The translations under genes and the position numbers were made by a program. A stretch of 64,000 bases of DNA. It comes from Hyphomicrobiales bacterium (GTDB lineage Bacteria; Pseudomonadota; Alphaproteobacteria; Rhizobiales; Xanthobacteraceae). A model generated the notes under the pieces. It worked only from the letters and a program-made list of their open reading frames with translations, was not told the DNA's origin and made no database searches. Below are positions 17,404 through 26,927 of this stretch, piece after piece (the stretch's first letter is position 1; each line of letters opens with the position of its first letter). The DNA lies in contig JAFKKL010000010.1 of the NCBI GenBank assembly GCA_017305595.1, positions 185 through 64,184 of the forward strand, in the 5' to 3' direction.

Positions 17404-20400
17404 GTGATTTCGGAAGCCCTGAACAATATGGTTGTTTCGTCAGCTTCGCCGTTCTCAACGCCTGTGCTCGAGCGTGCGCCAGGCAGCGGCGTCACCGCGG
17501 TGCTCGGCCCCACCAACACTGGCAAGACGCATCTCGCCATCGAACGCATGCTCGCGCATTCGTCCGGCATCATCGGGTTGCCGCTGCGTCTGCTTGCGCG
17601 TGAGGTCTACAACAAGATCGTCGCGCGCACCGGCGTCGAATCCGTTGCGCTGATCACCGGCGAAGAGAAGATCAAACCGTCGAAGCCGCGCTTCTGGGTG
17701 TCGACGGTGGAAGCGATGCCGCGCGATATTGACGTGTCGTTTCTCGCCGTCGATGAAGTCCAGATCGCGGCCGATCTCGAACGCGGTCACGTTTTCACCG
17801 ATCGCATCCTGAATCGGCGTGGCCGCGATGAGACGCTGTTACTTGGCGCGGCCACGATGCGGCCGGTGATTGAGAAGTTGCTGCCGGGCGCCAACATTCT
17901 GACGCGCCCGCGCCTGTCGCAGCTTGAATTTGCGGGCGATCGCAAGATCACGCGACAGCCGCGCCGCACTGCGATTGTCGCGTTTTCTGCCGATGAAGTT
18001 TACGCCATCGCCGAACTGATCCGTCGCCAGCACGGCGGCGCGGCGGTGGTGCTGGGCTCGCTGTCGCCGCGCACGCGCAACGCGCAAGTGGCGCTGTTCG
18101 AATCCGGCGATGTCGATTATCTCGTCGCCACCGATGCCGTCGGCATGGGTCTCAATCTCGACGTCGATCACGTCGCCTTCGCGTCCGATCGCAAATTCGA
18201 CGGCTATCAATTTCGTCGTCTGACGCCGGCGGAGTTCGCACAGATCGCCGGCCGTGCGGGACGTGCGACACGCAACGGCACCTTCGGCACCACGGGACGT
18301 TGTGCGCCGTTCGAGCCTGAACTCGTCAACGCGTTGCAGAACCACACCTTCGACAACATCAAGACCTTGCAATGGCGCAACGCGCAGCTCGACTTCCGCT
18401 CGCTCGACGCGTTGCAAGTTTCGCTGGCGCATACGCCGGATCATGCCGCACTGACCCGCGCGCCGATCGCCGAGGACCTGCGCGTGCTCGATCATGCCGC
18501 GCGTGACGGCGACGTCCGCGACATGGCGCACGGCGCGGCGGCGGTGGAGCGGCTGTGGGAGGCGTGCCAGGTTCCGGACTATCGCAAGCTGTCGCCGGCT
18601 GCCCACGCCGAACTGGTGACGACGCTTTATACCTTTCTGATGCGCCGGGGCCGCATTCCCGATGCCTGGTTCGCCGCGCAAATCGCGCAAGCGGACCGGA
18701 TCGATGGCGATATCGACACGTTATCCGGGCGGATTGCCCACATCCGCACCTGGACCTTCGTGGCAAATCGCCCGGATTGGCTGGCCGATCCGCTCTATTG
18801 GCAGGGAATTTCGCATGAACTTGAGAATAAATTGTCCGATGCCCTGCATGAACGGCTAACTCAGCGTTTCGTTGATCGCCGGACCAGTGTATTGATGCGC
18901 CGCTTGCGGGAAAACACCATGCTGAATACTGAAATTGGAAAGACTGGCGAAGTGATCGTGGAAGGCCATGTGATTGGCCGCCTCGACGGATTCATGTTTG
19001 CGCCCGACGCGGCGGAAGCGGGCTCCGAAGCCAAGGCCTTGCAGGCCACGGCACAGAAGGCGCTGGCCGGCGAGATTGACGCGCGCGCGGAGAAATTGTC
19101 GCAGGCGCCGGACGATCAGTTCGTGCTGGTCTCCGACGGCACCATCCGCTGGACCGGCGACGCCGTCGCCAAGGTGGTGGCGGGTGACGATGCGCTGCAT
19201 CCGCGCATCCGCATCGTCGCCGACGAACGCCTGAGCGGTGCGCCGCGCGATGCAGTGCAGGCGCGTCTCGACCTCTGGCTCAAGACACATGCGGAGAAGC
19301 TGCTAGGCCCGCTGTTCGAACTGGTGAAGGCCGAGGACGTCACCGGTATCACGCGCGGCATCGCGTTTCAATTGACCGAGGCGCTCGGCGTGCTGGAGCG
19401 ATCCAAGATCGCCAATGAGGTGAAGGACCTTGATCAGGCTTCGCGCGCGACCTTGCGCAAGTATGGTGTGCGGTTCGGCGCCTACCATCTTTACGTGCCG
19501 GCGCTGCTGAAGCCGGCGGCGCGTGCGCTCGCCTCGCAATTGTGGGCGCACAAGCAGGACAACGTCGACCTCGGCGCGCTGCTCGGCGCGCAGCATCTCG
19601 CTGGCAGCGGCCGCACCTCGTTCCCGGTCGACAAGGCACTGGATCGCGATGCTTATCGCGTGCTGGGCTATCGCCAATGCGGCGAACGCGCCGTGCGCGT
19701 CGACATTCTCGAGCGATTGGCCGACCTGATCCGTCCGGCGCTGGCATGGCGCGAGGCCTCGACGTTGCCGAAACCACCCGGCGCGTTCGACGGGCGCGGT
19801 TTTGTGGTGACGCAAGCGATGACGTCGCTGACTGGTTCGGCCGGCGAGGATTTTGCATCGGTTCTGCGCGCGCTGGGCTATCGCATGGAATTGAAGCCTG
19901 CGCCCGCGCCGACGCCTGAAACTATCGCTACTGATACGGCGGTTGTTGCCGACGCGTCCACGACGACCGATGACACGTCATCGGAAACTGCATCGACCGA
20001 CGCTGTGCCTGCCGAGGACGTCGCGGTTGCTGCCGCGAATGATGCTGCTGCGTCCGACGATGCGTTGCCAGGTGTCGACGAGCCATCTGTCGAGGCGCAG
20101 GCCAGCGAACCGGTTCAATCCGACGATGCATCGAGCGAAGCATCTTCCGAAACGTCACCCGAGGTCGAGGCCGCTTCAGCCTCCCCAGGCGAGCCTGTCG
20201 TTGCGACTGATGCCGCAACAGAAGCGTCATCGGATACGTCCGCAGATGTCGTTGCCGAGGCTGTTTCGACTGAGCCTGCCGTTGAGGCTGCAACTGCCGA
20301 GGCGACGCCAACCGAGACTGCGTCGACCGAAGCCGCTGCACCAGCGATGGTCGAGGTGTGGCGACCCGGCGGCCGTTCGGAAGATCGTCGGCCCCGGCAC

Positions 20401-20847
20401 GATCGGCATCGTCACCGTCAGCCGAATCGTCCGCAGCAGGGTGCGCAAGGCGCTCCGGCTGAAGGCGAAGCCGCGGATGGCGAGAAGCGGCAGCGGCATG
20501 GTCATGGCCGTCGCGACCGCTCGTTTGATTTCAAACGCCCAAACCGTCCTGCCGGCGAAGCTGGCGCGGCCTCGGAAGGGACGCCGGGCGAGGGCAGGCC
20601 GCCACGCGAGCGTGGCCACGGCAAGGACGCCCGCAAGGATTTCGGCAAGGGGCGGGACAAGGGCAAGTTTCAGGGCAAGGGCGGCCGTGATCGGCGTCCG
20701 GACGGCGGTGGGCCGTCGCATCGGCCGTTCGCAAGCAGCGCGCCGCGCGAGCGGGAGCGTGATCGTCCCGCAGATCCGAACTCGCCGTTCGCCAAGCTGG
20801 CGGCGTTGAAGGAGCAGCTTGCGGCCAATCGCAAGGATGCGAACTAG
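17404..20847 (+). CDS. Suv3-like superfamily-2 ATP-dependent helicase with a long disordered C-terminal tail
   Basis: Walker A LGPTNTGKTH, DEVQ box (AVDEVQIAAD), helicase C motifs (VATDAVGMGLNLDV, QIAGRAGR). 1147 aa. GTG 17404 or ATG 17428. Confidence 0.85.
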   Translation: MISEALNNMVVSSASPFSTPVLERAPGSGVTAVLGPTNTGKTHLAIERMLAHSSGIIGLPLRLLAREVYNKIVARTGVESVALITGEEKIKPSKPRFWVSTVEAMPRDIDVSFLAVDEVQIAADLERGHVFTDRILNRRGRDETLLLGAATMRPVIEKLLPGANILTRPRLSQLEFAGDRKITRQPRRTAIVAFSADEVYAIAELIRRQHGGAAVVLGSLSPRTRNAQVALFESGDVDYLVATDAVGMGLNLDVDHVAFASDRKFDGYQFRRLTPAEFAQIAGRAGRATRNGTFGTTGRCAPFEPELVNALQNHTFDNIKTLQWRNAQLDFRSLDALQVSLAHTPDHAALTRAPIAEDLRVLDHAARDGDVRDMAHGAAAVERLWEACQVPDYRKLSPAAHAELVTTLYTFLMRRGRIPDAWFAAQIAQADRIDGDIDTLSGRIAHIRTWTFVANRPDWLADPLYWQGISHELENKLSDALHERLTQRFVDRRTSVLMRRLRENTMLNTEIGKTGEVIVEGHVIGRLDGFMFAPDAAEAGSEAKALQATAQKALAGEIDARAEKLSQAPDDQFVLVSDGTIRWTGDAVAKVVAGDDALHPRIRIVADERLSGAPRDAVQARLDLWLKTHAEKLLGPLFELVKAEDVTGITRGIAFQLTEALGVLERSKIANEVKDLDQASRATLRKYGVRFGAYHLYVPALLKPAARALASQLWAHKQDNVDLGALLGAQHLAGSGRTSFPVDKALDRDAYRVLGYRQCGERAVRVDILERLADLIRPALAWREASTLPKPPGAFDGRGFVVTQAMTSLTGSAGEDFASVLRALGYRMELKPAPAPTPETIATDTAVVADASTTTDDTSSETASTDAVPAEDVAVAAANDAAASDDALPGVDEPSVEAQASEPVQSDDASSEASSETSPEVEAASASPGEPVVATDAATEASSDTSADVVAEAVSTEPAVEAATAEATPTETASTEAAAPAMVEVWRPGGRSEDRRPRHDRHRHRQPNRPQQGAQGAPAEGEAADGEKRQRHGHGRRDRSFDFKRPNRPAGEAGAASEGTPGEGRPPRERGHGKDARKDFGKGRDKGKFQGKGGRDRRPDGGGPSHRPFASSAPRERERDRPADPNSPFAKLAALKEQLAANRKDAN

Positions 20848-20865
20848 CGCGTACCGGGAGACGGT

Positions 20866-21135
20866 GTGGAGCGTCAGCGTCTCGATAAATGGCTGTGGCA
20901 TGCGCGGATCGTCAAAGCCCGCACCAGTGCCGCCGCGTTGGTCGAAGGCGGCCGGGTTCGCGTTAACGGTAGCCGTCAGAACGCCCCTGGCCATGGCGTC
21001 AAGCTTGGCGATGTCGTGACGATCGCCTTGGATCAAGGTGTGAAGGTGCTGAAAGTCACGGCTTTTTCCGAGCGCCGCGGCAATGCCGAAGCCGGGAAGC
21101 TGCTTTACGTCGATGTGCAAACCCCGTCGGAATGA
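20866..21135 (+). CDS. RNA-binding S4 domain protein (Hsp15/HslR-like)
   Basis: QRLDKWLWHARIVKARTSAAALVEGGRVRVNG is an S4-domain signature. 89 aa, GTG start. Confidence 0.8.
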   Translation: MERQRLDKWLWHARIVKARTSAAALVEGGRVRVNGSRQNAPGHGVKLGDVVTIALDQGVKVLKVTAFSERRGNAEAGKLLYVDVQTPSE

Positions 21136-21240
21136 TCCATTCGGCCTATTCGTCTGCCATGCAGGTCAACGCTTCCCTTGCGGCTTCGGGCCGACTGCGC
21201 TACGCCAACACTCAAAATTCGACCGCTTCCGGAGCTATGG

Positions 21241-21579
21241 ATGACCTACGTCGTCACTGAAAATTGTATCAAGTGCAAATACACCGACTGCGTAGAGGTC
21301 TGCCCCGTCGACTGTTTCTACGAGGGCGAGAACATGCTGGTGATCCACCCGGATGAGTGTATCGACTGCGGCGTGTGCGAGCCGGAATGCCCTGCCGACG
21401 CGATCAAGCCCGATAGTGAGCCGAACCTCGAGAAGTGGCTTGAGGTCAACGCGGCCCACGCCAAGAACTGGCCGAATATCACGCAAAAGAAAGAGTCGCC
21501 GCCTGATGCCAAGGATTTCGATGGCATGGAAGGCAAATTCGATAAGTATTTCTCCCCGGAGCCCGGAACCGGCGACTAA
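21241..21579 (+). CDS. fdxA: 7Fe ferredoxin (3Fe-4S + 4Fe-4S), FdxA type
   Basis: ORF trimmed to ATG 21241. [29 protein letters not shown]...[12 protein letters not shown] are the canonical cysteine clusters. Confidence 0.95.
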   Translation: MTYVVTENCIKCKYTDCVEVCPVDCFYEGENMLVIHPDECIDCGVCEPECPADAIKPDSEPNLEKWLEVNAAHAKNWPNITQKKESPPDAKDFDGMEGKFDKYFSPEPGTGD

Positions 21580-21837
21580 GACTGTTTGAGGATCGGCTGG
21601 GCTTGCCTTACGAGTGAGCGCGGTCGATAACAGCTAACTTAACCTTATTGCGAAGGTTGGCCTGTGGAACCCGGCAACGAAATTGTTGTCCGGGCATAAA
21701 TCATTGATTTTTGCAGGAAATGTGCTATTGTAAGGCACATCCAGCAAGCCGGACCCTGTTCGCGCCGCCGTTTTGGCCCTGATGGGTTCTCATGGAAAAC
21801 CTTGAACAGGAGCGCGAGCGTTTGTCGCGCACGAGCT

Positions 21838-22890
21838 GTGTCACAGAAAACGCGTAAAAAGAGTATCTCGAAGGGTGCGGGAAAAACCGCTGCGACTACT
21901 CGCAGCACACCCAAGAACCGTGCACGTGGATCTCACAAGACGGCGCGGGGTTCGGTCAAATCGTCGAGTGCCAAGACTTCAAACGCGAAGCCGGCCGCCG
22001 TCAAGCCGTCGACCGCCAAGTTGTCGGGCGCAAAATCTTCGACCGCCAAGCCATCGGCGGCGAAATCCTCCAAGAACAAAAGAAGTGAAATGCTGAAAAA
22101 GACTGCGAAAGCCGCCGAGAAGGTCGTTGCTTCCAAGCCCGCCGCCGTCAAGGCGACCGCTCCCAAGGCTTCAACCAAGGCTCCTGGCAAGCCGGTCGCT
22201 GCCGCCAAGCCGGCGCCGAGCAAGCCTGCGGTGGTCGCCAAGGTCGCGAAGGCGCCGGTTGCTCCGGTCCGCGCCGAGGAACCGAAGAAGGCGCTGACCC
22301 AGCGCCAGGGCTTCAAGACCAACGAATTCGTTGTCTATCCGGCTCATGGCGTCGGCCAGATCCTGGCCATCGAGGAGCAGGAGATCGCCGGCGCCAAGCT
22401 CGAGCTGTTCGTCATCAACTTCATGAAGGACAAGATGACGCTGCGGGTACCGACAGCGAAGGTCGTCAATGTCGGCATGCGCAAGCTGTCGGAGCCGGCG
22501 CTGGTCAAGCGTGCGCTGGAGACCCTCAAGGGCCGTGCGCGGGTGAAGCGGACGATGTGGTCGCGCCGCGCCCAGGAGTATGAAGCGAAGATCAATTCGG
22601 GCGACATCGTCGCAATCGCCGAAGTGGTTCGCGATCTCTATCGTTCGGAATCGCAGCCCGAGCAGTCCTACAGCGAGCGGCAGCTTTACGAAGCGGCACT
22701 CGACCGGCTGGCGCGCGAGATCGCGGTTGTTCAGCATGTCACTGAGACCGAAGCGATCAAGGAGATCGAGGGTCAGCTCGCCAAGAGCCCGCGCCGTGGC
22801 GCCAAGGCGGAGACCGAAGCCGATGCTGACGGCGATTCGGATATCGATGCCGAAGACGACGATAGCGCCGTCACTGACGCGGCGGCCTGA
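21838..22890 (+). CDS. carD: CarD/CdnL-family RNA-polymerase-binding regulator with a ~100-170-aa Lys/Ala/Pro/Ser-rich N-terminal extension
   Basis: The CarD_TRCF core starts at about nt 22303 (FKTNEFVVYPAHGVGQILAIEEQEIAG...). The open frame extends upstream to TTG 21802, with candidate starts GTG 21838 and ATG 22090. High GC3 is maintained through the extension, which suggests it is translated. Confidence 0.85.
   Translation: MSQKTRKKSISKGAGKTAATTRSTPKNRARGSHKTARGSVKSSSAKTSNAKPAAVKPSTAKLSGAKSSTAKPSAAKSSKNKRSEMLKKTAKAAEKVVASKPAAVKATAPKASTKAPGKPVAAAKPAPSKPAVVAKVAKAPVAPVRAEEPKKALTQRQGFKTNEFVVYPAHGVGQILAIEEQEIAGAKLELFVINFMKDKMTLRVPTAKVVNVGMRKLSEPALVKRALETLKGRARVKRTMWSRRAQEYEAKINSGDIVAIAEVVRDLYRSESQPEQSYSERQLYEAALDRLAREIAVVQHVTETEAIKEIEGQLAKSPRRGAKAETEADADGDSDIDAEDDDSAVTDAAA
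22009..22068 (+). repeat. Imperfect 30-bp tandem duplication inside the carD N-terminal extension
   Basis: Unit 1 at 22009-22038 is TCGACCGCCAAGTTGTCGGGCGCAAAATCT. Unit 2 at 22039-22068 is TCGACCGCCAAGCCATCGGCGGCGAAATCC. They encode STAKLSGAKS / STAKPSAAKS. Confidence 0.7.
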
Positions 22891-22922
22891 TCGCCTCGTC
22901 GCGCGAAAGCCTCCCTAAACAC

Positions 22923-22955
22923 AAAAGCCCGGCCTGATGGCCGGGCTTTTTGTTT
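22923..22955. terminator. Bidirectional rho-independent terminator (AAAAGCCCGGCC-tgat-GGCCGGGCTTTTTGTTT)
   Basis: A perfect 12-bp stem flanked by A and T tracts, between convergent carD (+) and the M48 protease gene (-). Confidence 0.85.
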
Positions 22956-22996
22956 CTGAGGCCGCATAGTCGATGAAGGCCGTTTGAAGCGGATCG

Positions 22997-24511
22997 TCAG
23001 TCCACCACGATCTTGACGTGCTCGCCCGGTTTGACCTTGCCTGTCGCCTCAAGGCCGTTGAGCAGACGAAAGCGCTGCTCGGGATGATCGACACCGGCCA
23101 TCCGCCGCGACAGCGATTCGACGGTGTCGCCGGGTTGAACCGCGACGATCTTGATGCGCAGCGGCCGCGCCGCCTGAATTTCTTCCAATGTCAGGCGACG
23201 GAACGACTTGACGGTGTCCTTGGCGTTCTGTTCGCTCTCAGCGCTCTTTTGCCGGGACGCGAAGATGAAGCGATAGACGTCGCTGCCGAAGCGCAATGCA
23301 TAGACCCGGAATTGCCACTGATCGCCACGCGCCGTGACGGATGCGGCGGGGAAGCCGTTGATCGTGAGCTGTTCGGTGGAGGCTTTATCGACGTTCTCCA
23401 TCCAGCCGGAATTGAGATAATCGCCTAGCGACTGCTCCGCCGGCACCCGCACCACGTCGAAACGCATCGCCTGGTCGCCGCCGTTGCGAACGCCGATGAC
23501 GGCTTGCGCCGTGTTGTCGAGCGTATAGCCATTCGGGGCCTGGAAGGTGAATCCGAGCTTCGGATGCAGGAAGCGTCGGCCGCGGACAAAGCCTTCGCTT
23601 GGATCCTCACCATAGACCATGTTGTCGATCGCGGCGAGATAGGCGTCGTGATCGCGCTCGCTGTTCTGCGGCGAACTGAATTGTCGCGCGATCGTCTGCG
23701 CGTTCTGCACGCGTTCAGGCGTTGCCGGATGTGATGACAGGAAGTCCTGCGATCGCGGGTCGATCGACACGCGCCCAGCCTTCAAAGCGGCGTTGCGCTC
23801 CATCGCGGTGAGAAACCGCGCCGCGCCGAACGGATCGAAATGCGCCCGCGCTGAAATGCCGACGCCGATGCCGTCAGCCTCGAATTCCTGCGACCGCGAG
23901 AAGCTCGCCATCGTCAGCTTGGTCTTGGCCAGCGCCAGCGCGGTGATGTCGGGGTCGTTGCCCATCTCCTTCACCACGCGCGTCACCAAAGCCGCGCGCT
24001 TGGCCTGGTCCTCGCGGATCGCGGCATGTTTCGCCAGCACGTGGGCCATCTCATGCGACAGCACCGACGACAACTCGGAGGTGTCGCTCGCGAGCGCGAT
24101 CAGCCCGCGCGTGACGTAGAGTTGGCCGGTCGGCAAGGCGAAGGCGTTGACGGCGCCGGAATTGAGAATCGTGACCTTGTAGGAGAGGTCGGGACGATCG
24201 GAGGCCGCTACCAGCCGGTTCACCGTTCTTGTGATCAGGTTTTCCAGCCGCGGGTCATCATACGCACCGCCATACGAAGCCAGAATGCGTTCGTGTTCAC
24301 GTTCGGTCGGTGAAAGGGGCGCCGCGGCGACACGCGCCGGCTTCGCCGACGTCTCGTTGGAGGGCGAGGCGGTCTGCAATCGCCCCATATTGGCACAGCC
24401 CGACAAAGCAAGTGCCACGCAAACACCAACGATCGCCGCCAGATGGCGGCGATGCAAACCGATGCCGTATGGGTATCCCGTTTGCTTCGTCACAGTCGCT
24501 ATCCGTCGCAT
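22997..24511 (-). CDS. M48-family zinc metalloprotease lipoprotein with a C-terminal LysM domain
   Basis: Lipobox LALSGC, HEMAHV zinc motif, and a C-terminal VAVQPGDTVESLSRRMAG...LNGLEATGKVKPGEHVKIV LysM-like segment. Confidence 0.85.
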   Translation of the reverse strand: MRRIATVTKQTGYPYGIGLHRRHLAAIVGVCVALALSGCANMGRLQTASPSNETSAKPARVAAAPLSPTEREHERILASYGGAYDDPRLENLITRTVNRLVAASDRPDLSYKVTILNSGAVNAFALPTGQLYVTRGLIALASDTSELSSVLSHEMAHVLAKHAAIREDQAKRAALVTRVVKEMGNDPDITALALAKTKLTMASFSRSQEFEADGIGVGISARAHFDPFGAARFLTAMERNAALKAGRVSIDPRSQDFLSSHPATPERVQNAQTIARQFSSPQNSERDHDAYLAAIDNMVYGEDPSEGFVRGRRFLHPKLGFTFQAPNGYTLDNTAQAVIGVRNGGDQAMRFDVVRVPAEQSLGDYLNSGWMENVDKASTEQLTINGFPAASVTARGDQWQFRVYALRFGSDVYRFIFASRQKSAESEQNAKDTVKSFRRLTLEEIQAARPLRIKIVAVQPGDTVESLSRRMAGVDHPEQRFRLLNGLEATGKVKPGEHVKIVVD

Positions 24512-24694
24512 CCTTTGATGCGGCTGCCTCCATCCTGAATACAGCGCCGCCCCGCGCCCCGGCTGCGTGCCTTGCAGTCGACGCGGGTCATTCTAAGACC
24601 TTTTGGCTTGCAATTGAATCAGAAGCCAAGCTCCGGACTGCAACAGTGCCGCGATTTCACCACGTGAGCCGATCCCCTTGTCCCGGACGATGCT

Positions 24695-25519
24695 TTAGCG
24701 GCGATCCAGAATTTCAAGCTGCCTGGTTCCGCGCAGTTGGATACGCGGACCGCTACGCTGCTCAACCCAGCCTCGCACCCGGACACGGCGGCCCGCCAGC
24801 GTCTTGATATCGATACCGTCCCTCGTTAGCGATCCTATCATCTGCCTCGGGATAATCACAGCGAAGTCTCGCACCCAGTGACGGCCAAAGTTGAGGTAGA
24901 ATGTTGTGCCCGACTGGCGGGCCGACAGTATCTTGCCCTCAACAATGATGAAGTGCCCCAGTTTTGCCAGAATATCGCCGGGGCTTTCCGCATTTTTGAT
25001 GGCATCCGGAATGGTCCAGACGCCTTGCCGGGTCTGTCGTGCGCGGGTTTCGGCTGCGGCCAGTTCCGCCGCGCAATCTGCGTCGGTCACGGTTCCCGCC
25101 GCAAGCGCTGCGCCCGCGCGGAGCAATTGAACTTGCAACGAGATGTCGTCTTCTGTGCGGGTGACGTAGCCATGTTGTCGGCCGTAACGGTCCGGCGCGT
25201 CATTGTTGCCTCGCAGCACCACATCCCGGTTAGCGACCAGCGCAGTCAGTATGGCCCTCGCGTCAGGCGAGGGCTCGATGCCGGCGAGTCGAATCTCGCG
25301 GCCGTCGGCCAGTCGCAACGTGCGCGCATCGACCACGTGGGCGACCCGGCCTTGTCCCAGCAACTCGCCGCCGCAGTCGGAGGCCGCGGCGCGCGCGAGA
25401 ACGACGATGTTGAGCATCAGTGCACAAGCGAGTGCCACCGACGTCGGCAACAGGCATTCTTTCAACGATGTTGCGAGACGCCGTTCATTCCGTTCGATGG
25501 AAAAAATGACTGCGCTCAT
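24695..25519 (-). CDS. Thermonuclease (SNase-like) family protein, exported or membrane-anchored
   Basis: ORF trimmed to ATG 25519. An N-terminal TM/signal segment is followed by RVAHVVDARTLRLADGREIRLAGIEP...DRYGRQHGYV...LLRAGAA, which follows the staphylococcal nuclease OB-fold pattern. Confidence 0.7.
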   Translation of the reverse strand: MSAVIFSIERNERRLATSLKECLLPTSVALACALMLNIVVLARAAASDCGGELLGQGRVAHVVDARTLRLADGREIRLAGIEPSPDARAILTALVANRDVVLRGNNDAPDRYGRQHGYVTRTEDDISLQVQLLRAGAALAAGTVTDADCAAELAAAETRARQTRQGVWTIPDAIKNAESPGDILAKLGHFIIVEGKILSARQSGTTFYLNFGRHWVRDFAVIIPRQMIGSLTRDGIDIKTLAGRRVRVRGWVEQRSGPRIQLRGTRQLEILDRR

Positions 25520-25642
25520 GCATCGGCGTCGGAATCGCAACGAACGACAAACGATCGGCAGCTTGCCGCATGCAAGGCGTTGCGCCATGATCGTTCCCTC
25601 AAGCGGTAACAGTGTCGCTTGGAATATAAACGCATCGGGAGG

Positions 25643-26854
25643 ATGAACGTGAGGGCGATTTTATCGGGTGTTATGGCGTCGCTGCTGGCGCTCACGGCGA
25701 ACACCGCGCTGGCGCAAAGCAAGCCGCCGTTGAAACTCGGTGCGATCCTCGACATGTCCGGTCTCTACGCCGACATCACCGGCCTCGGCAGCGAGACCGC
25801 GGCGAAGATGGCGGCCGAAGATTTCGGCGGCGAAGTGCTGGGTCGCAAGATTGAAATCATCGCGGCTGATCATCTCAACAAGGCCGATCTGGCGGGCAAC
25901 ATTGCCCGTGACATGCTCGACAATCAGGGCGTTGAGGCCATCATTGACGTTGCGGCGTCGGCGCCGGCATTGTCCGCGCTCGAGGTGGCCAAAGCGCGCC
26001 ACAAGATCATCATGTTCAGCGGTCCCGGTTCGATCCGCCTGACCAACGAAGCCTGCACACCCTACAGCATTCATTATGTCTACGACACCTATGCCCTGGC
26101 GAACGTCGCCGGATTGGCGACGGTCAAGCAGGGCCTGGATAGCTGGTTTTTTCTGACCGCCGATTATTCGTTCGGGCATGACCTCGAGAAAGACACCACC
26201 AACGTCATCGTCAAATCTGGTGGCAAGGTGCTGGGAAGCGTGCGGCACCCGACCAACGTCCCTGACTTTTCGTCTTATCTGCTGCAAGCACAGGCTTCGA
26301 AAGCGAAAGTGATCGGTCTTGCCAATGCCGGCGGCGATACCATCAACGCCATCAAGCAGGCTGCCGAATTCGGCTTGATGAAAAGCGGCCAGAAGATCGC
26401 GCCGCTTCTGGCCTATATCACCGACATCGATAGCGTCGGCTTGCAGACAGCCCAAGGCCTGCTGCTCGCCGAGGCCTTCTATTGGGACATGAATGACGAG
26501 ACCCGCGCCTTCTCCAAGCGCTTCATGGAGCGGGTCAAGCGCGTTCCGACGTCGTCGCAGGCCGGCGTCTATTCATCCGTGCTGCATTATTTGAAGGCGG
26601 TGAAGCAGGCCGGCACCACGGACGCGGCCGCCGTCATGAAGATCATGAAGGACACGCCGATCAACGACATGTTCGCCAAGAATGGCAAGATCCGCGAGGA
26701 CGGCCGCATGGTCCATGACATGTATCTGTTCGAGGTCAAGTCTCCGGCTGAATCCAAGGGCCGTTGGGACGACTATAAACTCCTCGCCACGGTGCCTGCC
26801 GATCAGGCGTTCCAGTCGTTGTCCGCATCGCGCTGTCCGCTGGTGAAGAAGTAG
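25643..26854 (+). CDS. ABC transporter substrate-binding protein, Leu/Ile/Val-binding family (orphan, no adjacent permease)
   Basis: ORF trimmed to ATG 25643 (GGGAGG upstream). It has a Sec signal ending ALAQS and LivK-like periplasmic binding fold motifs. Confidence 0.9.
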   Translation: MNVRAILSGVMASLLALTANTALAQSKPPLKLGAILDMSGLYADITGLGSETAAKMAAEDFGGEVLGRKIEIIAADHLNKADLAGNIARDMLDNQGVEAIIDVAASAPALSALEVAKARHKIIMFSGPGSIRLTNEACTPYSIHYVYDTYALANVAGLATVKQGLDSWFFLTADYSFGHDLEKDTTNVIVKSGGKVLGSVRHPTNVPDFSSYLLQAQASKAKVIGLANAGGDTINAIKQAAEFGLMKSGQKIAPLLAYITDIDSVGLQTAQGLLLAEAFYWDMNDETRAFSKRFMERVKRVPTSSQAGVYSSVLHYLKAVKQAGTTDAAAVMKIMKDTPINDMFAKNGKIREDGRMVHDMYLFEVKSPAESKGRWDDYKLLATVPADQAFQSLSASRCPLVKK

Positions 26855-26927
26855 TTGGCCACACCGCGCTGGTTCATGATTGAGCCAGCGCATTGGCGTC
26901 AAATAACATAAACAAAGGAACCGCCAG

